From: a virus
IMG/VR virus record: IMGVR_UViG_3300025133_000030
Location: 1 to 64,000 of that record
DNA length: 64,000 bases
Strand: one strand, 5' to 3'
Shown here: positions 1-9,013 of the stretch, one piece after another
Layout: the number at the start of each line of letters is the position of its first letter
How positions within the stretch are numbered: the first letter of the stretch is position 1
Made by a program: the position numbers and the translations under genes
Notes under the pieces: model-generated
The model's database searches: none
What the model saw: only the letters and a program-made list of their open reading frames with translations
Told to the model about the DNA's origin: nothing

Positions 1-2
1 TT

Positions 3-3000
3 CGTCCTGTCGAAGTTCAGAGTTTTCAAGAGTTTGTCCAATTGTTTGGCGAACCAATTCCCGGTGATGGCAGCGGAGATGTCTGGCGTGACGGCAATTA
101 TACCTCTCCAACATATGCCGCTTATGCAGCAAAGGCTTTCCTTCGTAATGGTGGGCCTTTGACGTTTATGCGCCTCCTTGGCGATGCTAATTCTTCTGCA
201 AACACCGCTGGTCTCGCTGGTTGGACAATGGGGTCTGTTGGCAGAGGGGCAAGCCACGGCGGAGCATACGCTCTTATTGTGGCCCCAAGTGGCAGCGAGG
301 CAGATGCAACCCATACATTCGCACACGGATATAACACAGGATCAGTGGCAGCAATATTCTATGCTCGACCCGGCAGCGACACAGCTTTCAAGCTCTCTGG
401 TTCTTATATTGGTTATGACGGTTCTCTTGCTGGTCAATTTGCACATGGTACTTCCTCTGCTGGCGCATTTTTGAAGACCAATTCGAGCAACAACTTTGTA
501 ATGGAGATTGCAACCACCGCGGATCTTAGTTCCGGCACCGCAGCAACTGCAACAATAACTTTCTCTGATACCGATGGCGGCAGTATCGACAATAATCAAG
601 ACATAACAATCACATCTGCAGCTGGGACTACTATAACCTATACCACCAAGGCCGTCACCACCGTTGCAAACAACGAATTTGCTAGCGGCGGCGGTTTTGA
701 TGATAAGGCTGAGCAGTTGAGGTTGTGTATTATTAATGCATCCGGTCACGATGGCGAGATTCTAGTCACGCGAGCCGACAATGTTTTAACACTGACTCAG
801 CGAGATGTCGGCACCGATGGTAATACCACTATAACAGAAGACATCACAGATTGCGCTGCAAGCGCCGCCTTCACTGGCGGAGCCGACGGCGTATATAAGA
901 AAGTTGAGTTCAACTTTGACAAAAATTCAGAAAAGTTCATTCGCAAGGTGTTTAACACCGATCCTACAAAGACCAACAGCAGCCTAGAATCAACAGTTGA
1001 GCCATATTTCTTGGGTCAAACAAATGAGCGTCTTCTCGCTCAGCCTGAATCGGGTTCGACAGTGTCCTCCATGGCCTCTAGTAACGCTATGTACGGAGCG
1101 ATTATTCCAATAAGAACCAATTCCGGCGATTATGAAGGCGGAGTCAATCAACAGGCTTACTCTGCGGCATCCTCTGGTTGGATTCTCAGTCAGGCTACAG
1201 AGCAATTCTCTGATTACGACTATACACGATCGACAAAGCAGCTTTTTAAGGTACATGCCCTAGAAGAGGGCGAGTGGCCGATGAGAAATGTAAAGATCTC
1301 AATTGAAAGCATTAGACCACCTTCAAACCAGTCGGCCGACCCATACGGCTCGTTCTCTCTTCTTGTGCGCCAAGCATCAGATAGTGACCACCGACCTCAG
1401 GTTCTTGAGAGGTTTGATAACTTAAACTTGAATCCAGACTCAGCAAATTATATTCTCCGAAGGATCGGGGATCAGTATGCTCAATGGGACTCTACAGAGA
1501 GAAAGCTTATACTTGTCGGCGAATATGATAATATTTCACGATACATAAGAATAGAAGCTAGTTCTGATCTTTCTGCTGGCTCACTTGATGCCTCATTGCT
1601 TCCATTTGGATTCGTTGGCCCACATCAGCCTCTACCAATGCATTTTGTTAGTGGCACCACTAATGCCGCAGCAAATAGTATTTCAAAAGTTCATACCGGC
1701 AGTGTGGCATATGCGACTGCAAATTCACATACAGCATATACCATACATAACGGTGCCACCGGCATCGGTGCCGCACCAAAGCGCTTTGGCGACGGCAACG
1801 GGAACCATGTTGTACTGTACAGCGCACAAGCATACAACGTCAACATTCAGGAATCCGACACTGCCGGAAACGGTGGCGGAGGCCTCACTAATACTGACCC
1901 TCAAGGGAGAGTAAAGTTCATTTGGCCAACAATGCCGCTGAGAATAAGTTCATCAGTAGGTAATTTTGCCTCATCTGACTCTAATTACTTCGGCATAGAT
2001 ACAGCAGCATCAGCTGGCTCTAGAGATCACGATGTTGCCTATGCTGATTATTTGAGAAAGCTACCCGGAGCCATGTCGGACAGTACAACTGTTGTTGCGG
2101 CACCAACTTTCCACTTTTCGATTGATGAAATCGGACCAGACCATGCACATTATGGAACTCACCTAACTTGGAGATCCGGCTCTGCTCAATATCCCGATGA
2201 AGACGATATTCGCTCATATTCTGCAGCAAGTGGTTCTTTTTATCTGCTTACTGGTTCCGGGCCAAGGGTTAAGGGTTTCACCCTGCCTCTTGCTGGCGGT
2301 AACAGTGGTTGGAATATTCTCGAAAGAGATCCGCTTCGCCAAGGAGACGAACCTACAGGCGCTTTTCAAGGCGCTCAGGGCGGAACAACAACAAATGCAG
2401 AACTAGACAACTCAGTATACCACACCCTCAGACGCGCTGTGGACACAGTGGCAGACCCAGAATATGTAGATTATAACGTATTGACTGCCCCGGGCATCAT
2501 TAACACGACTATTACGGATAGGATGCTTGACATATGCGACTCAAGGGCCGACGCTTTGGCTCTTATCGATCTGCCAAGCGTTTACACCCCCAAGTACTGG
2601 GCAAATAGTGACACGACATATGCAAGCCGCAGAAAGAGTGTAGACACCATGGTTGAAACACACCGTGCTAGAGGGTTGAACTCAAGTTACGGCGCTGCAT
2701 ACGCACCTTGGGTCAATATAGTCGAAGGATCAAAGACCTTGTGGGTACCGCCTTCAGTGGTAGCTCTTGGCACCTTCGCTAGCAGCGACGCACAATCGGC
2801 ACCATGGTTCGCCCCTGCAGGCTTCACTAGGGGTGGCCTATCAGAAGGTTCTTCGGGCCTTAGTGTTGTCGGCGTCACACATAAATTTACAAGCAGAGAT
2901 AGAGACGACCTTTACGATGTGGATGTAAACCCCATTGCGTCTTTCCCTGCTGAAGGCATCGTAATCTTCGGACAGAAGACGCTTCAAGCCTTCGATTCAG

Positions 3001-3323
3001 CAGTTGACAGAATCAATGTTAGAAGATTGATGATCTTCGTGAAGAAGAGGGTATCATTCATTGCATCAAGGTTATTGTTTGACAACAACGTAGAAGCAAC
3101 TTGGAACAGATTCAAGAGTCAGGTTGAGCCTCTTCTCGGTTCGATTAGATCCGGCGGCGGCCTTAGCGACTTCAGAGTTGTGTTGGATGAAACAACGACA
3201 ACACCTGATCTGGTAGACAGAAACATCATGTACGCAAAGATTTTCTTGAAGCCAGCACGTGCTATTGAGTTTATTGCAATTGACTTTGTTATCACAAGGT
3301 CAGGCGCATCTTTTGACGATTAA
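3..3323 (+). CDS. Phage contractile tail sheath protein (T4 gp18-like), 5'-truncated by the window edge
   Basis: The frame is open from nt 3 (RPVEVQSFQEFVQLFGEP). The C-terminus has sheath motifs VPPS, PWFAPAGFTRG, RDDLY..VNPI, GQKTLQ, DRINVRRL and KPARAIEFIAIDF. Confidence 0.95.
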   Translation, partial: RPVEVQSFQEFVQLFGEPIPGDGSGDVWRDGNYTSPTYAAYAAKAFLRNGGPLTFMRLLGDANSSANTAGLAGWTMGSVGRGASHGGAYALIVAPSGSEADATHTFAHGYNTGSVAAIFYARPGSDTAFKLSGSYIGYDGSLAGQFAHGTSSAGAFLKTNSSNNFVMEIATTADLSSGTAATATITFSDTDGGSIDNNQDITITSAAGTTITYTTKAVTTVANNEFASGGGFDDKAEQLRLCIINASGHDGEILVTRADNVLTLTQRDVGTDGNTTITEDITDCAASAAFTGGADGVYKKVEFNFDKNSEKFIRKVFNTDPTKTNSSLESTVEPYFLGQTNERLLAQPESGSTVSSMASSNAMYGAIIPIRTNSGDYEGGVNQQAYSAASSGWILSQATEQFSDYDYTRSTKQLFKVHALEEGEWPMRNVKISIESIRPPSNQSADPYGSFSLLVRQASDSDHRPQVLERFDNLNLNPDSANYILRRIGDQYAQWDSTERKLILVGEYDNISRYIRIEASSDLSAGSLDASLLPFGFVGPHQPLPMHFVSGTTNAAANSISKVHTGSVAYATANSHTAYTIHNGATGIGAAPKRFGDGNGNHVVLYSAQAYNVNIQESDTAGNGGGGLTNTDPQGRVKFIWPTMPLRISSSVGNFASSDSNYFGIDTAASAGSRDHDVAYADYLRKLPGAMSDSTTVVAAPTFHFSIDEIGPDHAHYGTHLTWRSGSAQYPDEDDIRSYSAASGSFYLLTGSGPRVKGFTLPLAGGNSGWNILERDPLRQGDEPTGAFQGAQGGTTTNAELDNSVYHTLRRAVDTVADPEYVDYNVLTAPGIINTTITDRMLDICDSRADALALIDLPSVYTPKYWANSDTTYASRRKSVDTMVETHRARGLNSSYGAAYAPWVNIVEGSKTLWVPPSVVALGTFASSDAQSAPWFAPAGFTRGGLSEGSSGLSVVGVTHKFTSRDRDDLYDVDVNPIASFPAEGIVIFGQKTLQAFDSAVDRINVRRLMIFVKKRVSFIASRLLFDNNVEATWNRFKSQVEPLLGSIRSGGGLSDFRVVLDETTTTPDLVDRNIMYAKIFLKPARAIEFIAIDFVITRSGASFDD

Positions 3324-3347
3324 ACAAAAATAAAAAAGATTTCTTCT

Positions 3348-3355
3348 ACTAATTA
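3348..3355 (+). promoter_or_regulatory. Candidate late-promoter motif ACTAATTA upstream of the tail tube gene
   Basis: The same (A/C)CTA(A/T)TTA motif recurs in intergenic DNA at 5059, 32569, 38333 and 40623, with no -35 box. Confidence 0.5.
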
Positions 3356-3394
3356 CAAGAGAAGACATCCGATTATAACAGGAGAACATAAAAA

Positions 3395-3967
3395 ATGGCA
3401 TTTTGGAGCGACCCGGGGATTGAACCAAAAAGAGCGTACCGCTGGAAGGTACAGGCAGATGGCCTTATCGGTGGTAACTACTGGATTGCTACCAAGGTCG
3501 ATAAGCCTTCTTTTAAGGTTGGAGAATATTCACACAAACTCTTGAATCACACTTTCTATTACCCCGGTAGAGTTGAGTGGGATCAGTTAACAATGACGAT
3601 CGTAGATCCGGGTGGCCTTGGCCGCACAGCTGGCGTCGATGAGGCCGATCTTGACATGGCTAAGCAACTGATGAAAAACCTTTACGGCTCAGGATATAGA
3701 GATCCTGATTCCGCAGGGGTAGCAGATTCAACGGTTTCCAAAATCAGCGCAGTGGGTTCGTTGGGTAACTTAATTATTACACAGCTTATTCCTAGTAACG
3801 ATGTTAATCGCGTCAACATGAGAACGGGCGACAAGTTTACTCTTAATAACGCTTGGATCTTGGACGCTAAGTTTGGTAGCCTTGATTACTCTTCTGAGGA
3901 AGCTGTAACAATTGACTTGACAATCCGTTACGATTGGGCTAAACTAGAAGGTGTGAATGAGCCTTAA
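3395..3967 (+). CDS. Tail tube protein (T4 gp19-like)
   Basis: Directly follows the sheath gene. Motifs EPKRAYRW, YYPGRVEW and NAW...FGSLDYSSE...IRYDWA. Preceded by an AGGAG RBS. Confidence 0.9.
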   Translation: MAFWSDPGIEPKRAYRWKVQADGLIGGNYWIATKVDKPSFKVGEYSHKLLNHTFYYPGRVEWDQLTMTIVDPGGLGRTAGVDEADLDMAKQLMKNLYGSGYRDPDSAGVADSTVSKISAVGSLGNLIITQLIPSNDVNRVNMRTGDKFTLNNAWILDAKFGSLDYSSEEAVTIDLTIRYDWAKLEGVNEP

Positions 3968-3996
3968 TTTAATTAGGCTTAAGAAAGCGAGGAATA

Positions 3997-4845
3997 ATGA
4001 GAAACAATAAAGAGCGCATGGGCGCACCATCGAGTGCCCCAGCGCCTACTTCCGCTGTCTTAGAGGAAGCAAATCAAGAAACAAAGCAGTTTTCTTTTGT
4101 TAATCCCACAGAATTTGTAGAAATACCATCGTCTGGAAGGTTTTATCCTGAAGGTCATGCTCTACATAACTGTGAGACAATCGAAATCCGCCACATGACA
4201 GCAAAAGATGAAGACATCCTTACTTCACAATCTTTGATTAAAAAGGGCGTAGCAGTAGACAGGATGCTTTCGAACATAATTGTCGATAAAAATATAAATA
4301 TAAAGGATTTATACCTTGGAGACAAGAATGCACTCTTGGTCGCAGCAAGGATCACTGGCTATGGAGCAGAATATTCTGCAACAATTTCTTGCCCAGCTTG
4401 CGGAGCGTCAACTAAGAATGCATTTGATCTACAGGAGGTTCTAGATTCTGGAACTTCCCATGACTTAGATACAATATCATCAGATGGTACCTTTACAATA
4501 AACCTTCCAAAGCTTGATGTTGGAGTGCAGGTCAGAGTTCTGACCGCTGCCGACGAGCAGAGGATGTTGAGCCTATCAAAGAGAAAGAAGAAAGATGGAC
4601 TTGGCGAGACGCCATGGACGGACCAATTGAGAAACATAATCGTCTCAGTCGAGGGGGTAGACGACCCCAAGGTACTTTCAGCTTTGATTGAGAACATGCC
4701 AGCGTTTGATTCACGCCACTTAAGAAACGAATACCAGAGAAACTGTCCAAATATAGACATGTCGCAAAACTTCAACTGCCAAGAATGCGGGGCGGTAGAG
4801 GAGGTATCGGTGCCACTAACGGCAGAGTTCTTTTGGCCTAGGTAG
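3997..4845 (+). CDS. Baseplate hub assembly / tail assembly chaperone (T4 gp26-like), two CxxC motifs
   Basis: Motifs IPSSGRFYP, MTAKDEDIL, GDKNALL.AARI..YG, CPAC and CQEC; ends FFWPR. Lies between the tube and tape measure genes. Confidence 0.75.
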   Translation: MRNNKERMGAPSSAPAPTSAVLEEANQETKQFSFVNPTEFVEIPSSGRFYPEGHALHNCETIEIRHMTAKDEDILTSQSLIKKGVAVDRMLSNIIVDKNINIKDLYLGDKNALLVAARITGYGAEYSATISCPACGASTKNAFDLQEVLDSGTSHDLDTISSDGTFTINLPKLDVGVQVRVLTAADEQRMLSLSKRKKKDGLGETPWTDQLRNIIVSVEGVDDPKVLSALIENMPAFDSRHLRNEYQRNCPNIDMSQNFNCQECGAVEEVSVPLTAEFFWPR

Positions 4846-4852
4846 CAAATAT

Positions 4853-5017
4853 ATGGAATCTGTCTATGAACAGTTTTTCTATTTGAAGTATTACGGTAGT
4901 TGGAGCTTCTTAGAAGCGTACAATTTGCCAGTGGGTCTTCGTAGATGGTTTGTGGAGAGGTTGTCAAAACAACTCACCGATGAAGCAGAAATGCATAAGA
5001 AAGCTTCCAAGTCATAA
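4853..5017 (+). CDS. Small tail-assembly chaperone segment (gp51/gpT-like), 54 aa, not in the ORF track
   Basis: Manual translation: MESVYEQFFYLKYYGSWSFLEAYNLPVGLRRWFVERLSKQLTDEAEMHKKASKS. Lies between the hub/chaperone and tape measure genes. Confidence 0.7.
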   Translation: MESVYEQFFYLKYYGSWSFLEAYNLPVGLRRWFVERLSKQLTDEAEMHKKASKS

Positions 5018-5099
5018 TTGACTGGATCAGTTAACAGTGTGTATTTTCTTTCCTATATCCTAATTATTAGAAGAAGTCTTTTATTGAGAGGTACACCAT

Positions 5100-5441
5100 T
5101 TGGAAGATCTAAAGGAAGATAAGATATCTGAGATAGTTCTAGATCTAAACATGGGGCACTCTGGTCGTGTTGACGAGAGCGTCTTAGCTTGGTTTGGAGG
5201 TATTGTCAAGACCATTTTGGGCAGAGCACTTGGTATGCCTGAAGACTTACCGATAAAGATTAGAGGAAGCCAATCACAGGTGGATAGTTTCACCAAGGCT
5301 TTAGCCGCAGAAAAGCGATATCTTGAGGCATATAGAGATTACGGCCTCGATAGTGCAGCGACTTACAAGACCCGACACACACTTGATGCTGCTGTCAAGG
5401 GATTCGAGCGTAAAACCGGCTTAAAGTGGCCTTTCACATAG
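5100..5441 (+). CDS. Hypothetical protein in the tail module
   Basis: 113 aa ORF preceded by CCTAATTA and a GAGAGG RBS. Confidence 0.6.
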   Translation: MEDLKEDKISEIVLDLNMGHSGRVDESVLAWFGGIVKTILGRALGMPEDLPIKIRGSQSQVDSFTKALAAEKRYLEAYRDYGLDSAATYKTRHTLDAAVKGFERKTGLKWPFT

Positions 5442-5452
5442 GAGGTCATTAA

Positions 5453-7876
5453 GTGTCTGTAAAAATCCTAAAAGACATTCTAAGCAGAATGAGAAACTCA
5501 GGCTCTGATGCGAATACAGTGCAAGCTTTCGCAGACGCTTTGAAGAATGTTAGTGACTCTGGAGACTCCCATCTCTCAGGCACTGACTTGGCGGCAAGAA
5601 AGGCTGAACAAGACCTTCTTATCGAACAGATCCGATTGGAAAAAAAGCTAGCTGAGGAAAAGAATAACCTCAATGCTGCAACTCGGCAAAATAGGCTGCT
5701 CCTACAAGAGATGCAGACCGCAGGCAAGTTGGGCCTTCGACAACTCCAAGAAGAAATTGATGCTTTAAATCAAAAATTGATTCTCAAGATTCGATCGGGC
5801 GAAGCATCAGAAGAGGAGCTTACCACTGATAAAGAGTTGATGGCGACAAAACAAGAAAAAATAGAACTCCTAAGAGAGGAGATTGAACTCCTAGCCGAAC
5901 AAAGAAGAGCGCTCGATGACACTCGCGACGGAATGTCCAACCTCTTAAATACTTTGACATTCGGGTTGACTAATTCTAAAAACTGGAAAAGGTCTCTAAT
6001 GGGGTCAATTTCCGTCACAAAAGACCTCGCAGCATCTACAAATGAAGTTGTTTCAGCGATTAAGACGGGGGTTACGTTCCAGAACATATCCGCAAATGCA
6101 TTAATGGCCATTCAAGAGGCTACAATTGCATATGCTGTGGCCACTGAACGCTCCTTGAGTCGACTAGAGGCTGCAACTGGTGCAACAGGGGTCTACAGGG
6201 AGATGTTGTTGGATACAGCAGCAACACAAAGATCTTTTGGTCTGGTGGTCTCAGAAGTAGGGGAAGCTGTAGGGCAGCTTTTTAACACATTTAAGGGCTT
6301 TTCCGATCTTATTGAGGCAGACAGAATAAAAATAACAGAGACCGCAACCTCTCTCATGGGTCTCGGGATCAGTTCGGCCACAAGCAGTAAGCTCGTAGCT
6401 GGTCTGGGTGATACTATGGGTATGTCCGCACTCGACATCGAATCAGCAAGTCATAGAATTATTGCCGCGTCAAACCAGATAGGTGAAAGCTTTCAGTACA
6501 TGGCTGATTCTTTTGTTAGCGCTATGGATCACCTTGCTGTCTTTGGAGATGAAGCTGTACCAATCTTTTTAGATATGGCTGCAGCCGCAAAGGTGGCAGG
6601 AGTAGGGGTCAGTGATCTTCATAGCGCCTTTGGGGAAACTTTAGATACCTTCGCAGGAGCATCTAAGATAACTGCTGGACTTAATGCAGTTCTTGAGACG
6701 TCATTTTTTGATGAAACAACAATGGTTAACCTACAGAACCCTGCTGAGAGGTATATGTATGTTCTCAAGGGCTTACAACAATCTACTATTGATTTCGCTA
6801 ATGCAGATGTTAACACAAAGAGGATGATTTCGAATGCAGCAGGATTTAGGAATGCCTCTGTTGGTGTTCGGCTCCTTGAAACTAGTTTAAGTGACGTTCA
6901 AGCTAAGATGGACCAATTGAGGACCCCGTCAGGTCAACTAAAAGACCTTGCGGAACAAGCTATGAAGACAAAGAGCGTTTTTGAGTTATTCAAGGTTGCA
7001 TTCGAAAGTTTAGCTATCGTCGCCCAGCCTCTTATTGACAATGTCTTAAGGCCATTGGTCGTGTGGTTTATAGGTTTTACCGATTCCTTGGCAGGAGCTA
7101 TAACAGCAGGTATTCTCATAGCCATCCCGGTTATAAAACTCCTCGCCGTCACATTCAGTGTACTTAAGAGTCCTGTTTTGTGGCTCGCTACCGGCCTACG
7201 TACTTTAATTGCACCACTTGCTGGTGTGGCCGCTACAGGGCCCACTTTTGCGACATGGATTTCGACTATTGGAGCTGCAGCGCGCTCTGGCGCTGTTGGT
7301 TTGCTCATTCTTTCTGGTGTTATGTTGGCTATTTCTGCATCAGTTAGTGCAATCATTTTGAGTATGGCTGTTTATGAAAGGGCGCAAGCAAAAACCATAT
7401 CCGCTACTGCAAAACTAGCAACAGCACTCAAGGATGTCGCCAAATCCGACTTCGCAGTTCTCCAGTTACAGCTTGAGCGAATGGTCGAAACAATGAACAA
7501 GTTGCCGCAAGATAAGATAATGACGTTTAAGATGTTAACTGATTCAGTGACTCGGATGTCAACGGCAACGGCCGCAATCGATGCAACTCAAGCAGAAGCT
7601 GCAACTGGGCTGGTAGAGGCCGGAACAAAGTACGTAGTAGCGCAAGCAGCATCAGGAAACAACAACAATATGTTGGCTGCAGTGCTTAAAGAATTGACAA
7701 ATCTAGCCAAGGCATCTGCCGGCCCGGGACAACCAGCCGGAAATACAACGGCTGCAGCCCAGAATCTTGTAGTAGAGAAGCTCCATATTCAGTTGGGTAC
7801 AGAATCTCTAGCAACTTTGGAAAATGTGGTTGCAAATGTGATCAACAACAACGGCATACATATGGGGACAGGATAA
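5453..7876 (+). CDS. Tail tape measure protein
   Basis: 807 aa, Ala/Leu-rich and helical, with an N-terminal coiled coil and hydrophobic segments near aa 520-640. Canonical position after the chaperones. Confidence 0.8.
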   Translation: MSVKILKDILSRMRNSGSDANTVQAFADALKNVSDSGDSHLSGTDLAARKAEQDLLIEQIRLEKKLAEEKNNLNAATRQNRLLLQEMQTAGKLGLRQLQEEIDALNQKLILKIRSGEASEEELTTDKELMATKQEKIELLREEIELLAEQRRALDDTRDGMSNLLNTLTFGLTNSKNWKRSLMGSISVTKDLAASTNEVVSAIKTGVTFQNISANALMAIQEATIAYAVATERSLSRLEAATGATGVYREMLLDTAATQRSFGLVVSEVGEAVGQLFNTFKGFSDLIEADRIKITETATSLMGLGISSATSSKLVAGLGDTMGMSALDIESASHRIIAASNQIGESFQYMADSFVSAMDHLAVFGDEAVPIFLDMAAAAKVAGVGVSDLHSAFGETLDTFAGASKITAGLNAVLETSFFDETTMVNLQNPAERYMYVLKGLQQSTIDFANADVNTKRMISNAAGFRNASVGVRLLETSLSDVQAKMDQLRTPSGQLKDLAEQAMKTKSVFELFKVAFESLAIVAQPLIDNVLRPLVVWFIGFTDSLAGAITAGILIAIPVIKLLAVTFSVLKSPVLWLATGLRTLIAPLAGVAATGPTFATWISTIGAAARSGAVGLLILSGVMLAISASVSAIILSMAVYERAQAKTISATAKLATALKDVAKSDFAVLQLQLERMVETMNKLPQDKIMTFKMLTDSVTRMSTATAAIDATQAEAATGLVEAGTKYVVAQAASGNNNNMLAAVLKELTNLAKASAGPGQPAGNTTAAAQNLVVEKLHIQLGTESLATLENVVANVINNNGIHMGTG

Positions 7877-8637
7877 TGACATTTAACACCTTTTCAAAAG
7901 ATAGTTACAATGATGCAACTATTACCTTGGGAAACAAAAACATCTCTTTGGAATTTACTCATATCCCGACAGGTATGAAGTGCAAGTTTAAAGCTTTTCT
8001 CGAATCCTATTCTGAAAATTATGAATCTAATTGGAATCATGAATATGTCTACGGTCGAATGGATCCATTGTCAACCTTTAATGGAACATCGAGAAAGATA
8101 ACCATGTCGTGGGCCCTGCCAGCCGCGGGATTAAAAGAGGCAAAAGCCAACCACAGAGAAGTAAGCAAATTTTTAATGATGTTATATCCTTCTTATGAGG
8201 AGAGGTTCCTTCTCGATGACGAAGGAAAGCAAACAGATAAATTTCTGGGTATGAGCGATATAGCCGCAGCACCACTGTTAAGAATGAAGTTAGCAAATTG
8301 GGCCGCGAGAGCCGACGATCAAGGCAAGGGCTTGCTGGTGGCTCCTACAGGTTGCCAATTCGAGCCAATGATTGAGCATGGTACTTTTATAAATGGCGGG
8401 AAGCTTTATCCAAAATCTATAATCCTTAGTTCAGATTTTGTAGTTTTCCACGAGCATGAATTGGGATTTACCACCCGTGCCGGGGAAAGTGGTCCTAGTC
8501 CTGCTAGGCCCGGGTTTGGGACTTTTCCGTTCGGCCAAATCAATGAACGTCTCGTGACTGGCAATGCTTACAAAAGGAAAGCATTAGATGATAATCGAAC
8601 AGCCCAAGCAGACAAAGACATACTACTAGGTAAGTAA
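7876..8637 (+). CDS. Baseplate / tail-tube initiator-like protein
   Basis: FKAFLESYSENYESNW..EYVYGRMDP..TF.GTSRKI motif of tube-fold baseplate proteins. TAATG coupling to the tape measure gene. Confidence 0.65.
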   Translation: MTFNTFSKDSYNDATITLGNKNISLEFTHIPTGMKCKFKAFLESYSENYESNWNHEYVYGRMDPLSTFNGTSRKITMSWALPAAGLKEAKANHREVSKFLMMLYPSYEERFLLDDEGKQTDKFLGMSDIAAAPLLRMKLANWAARADDQGKGLLVAPTGCQFEPMIEHGTFINGGKLYPKSIILSSDFVVFHEHELGFTTRAGESGPSPARPGFGTFPFGQINERLVTGNAYKRKALDDNRTAQADKDILLGK

Positions 8638-8655
8638 CAAAGGGGATATCAAAAG

Positions 8656-9012
8656 ATGTCGAGATCAGGAATAAGAAAAACATTAAAGAACGATTTGCCT
8701 TTTTATAAAAACCTTTTAGATAAAAGAAACAAAAGGTTTATAAGAATGCTCGAAACTGCGGATTTTGCGAGAATTGAATCCGCGGATCTTAGAGGTATAA
8801 CTTTTATCGATCATATTGTAACCATTGGAGATAGAATGAACAAGTTGTCTCACAAATTCTACGGCGATACTCAATATTGGTGGGTGATTGCGACATTTAA
8901 TAATACGCCTACCGACGGCCACTTGGAGCTTGGTCAGATGATATCTATACCCCTACCGCTAAGTGATGCTTTGGCCTTGCTAGACCCGGATCTAAGCCCG
9001 AGAACATACTAA
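8656..9012 (+). CDS. LysM-domain baseplate wedge protein (T4 gp53-like)
   Basis: HIVTIGDRMNKLSHKFYGDTQYWWVIATFN...GQMISIP LysM-like motif. Confidence 0.85.
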   Translation: MSRSGIRKTLKNDLPFYKNLLDKRNKRFIRMLETADFARIESADLRGITFIDHIVTIGDRMNKLSHKFYGDTQYWWVIATFNNTPTDGHLELGQMISIPLPLSDALALLDPDLSPRTY

Positions 9013-9013
9013 A

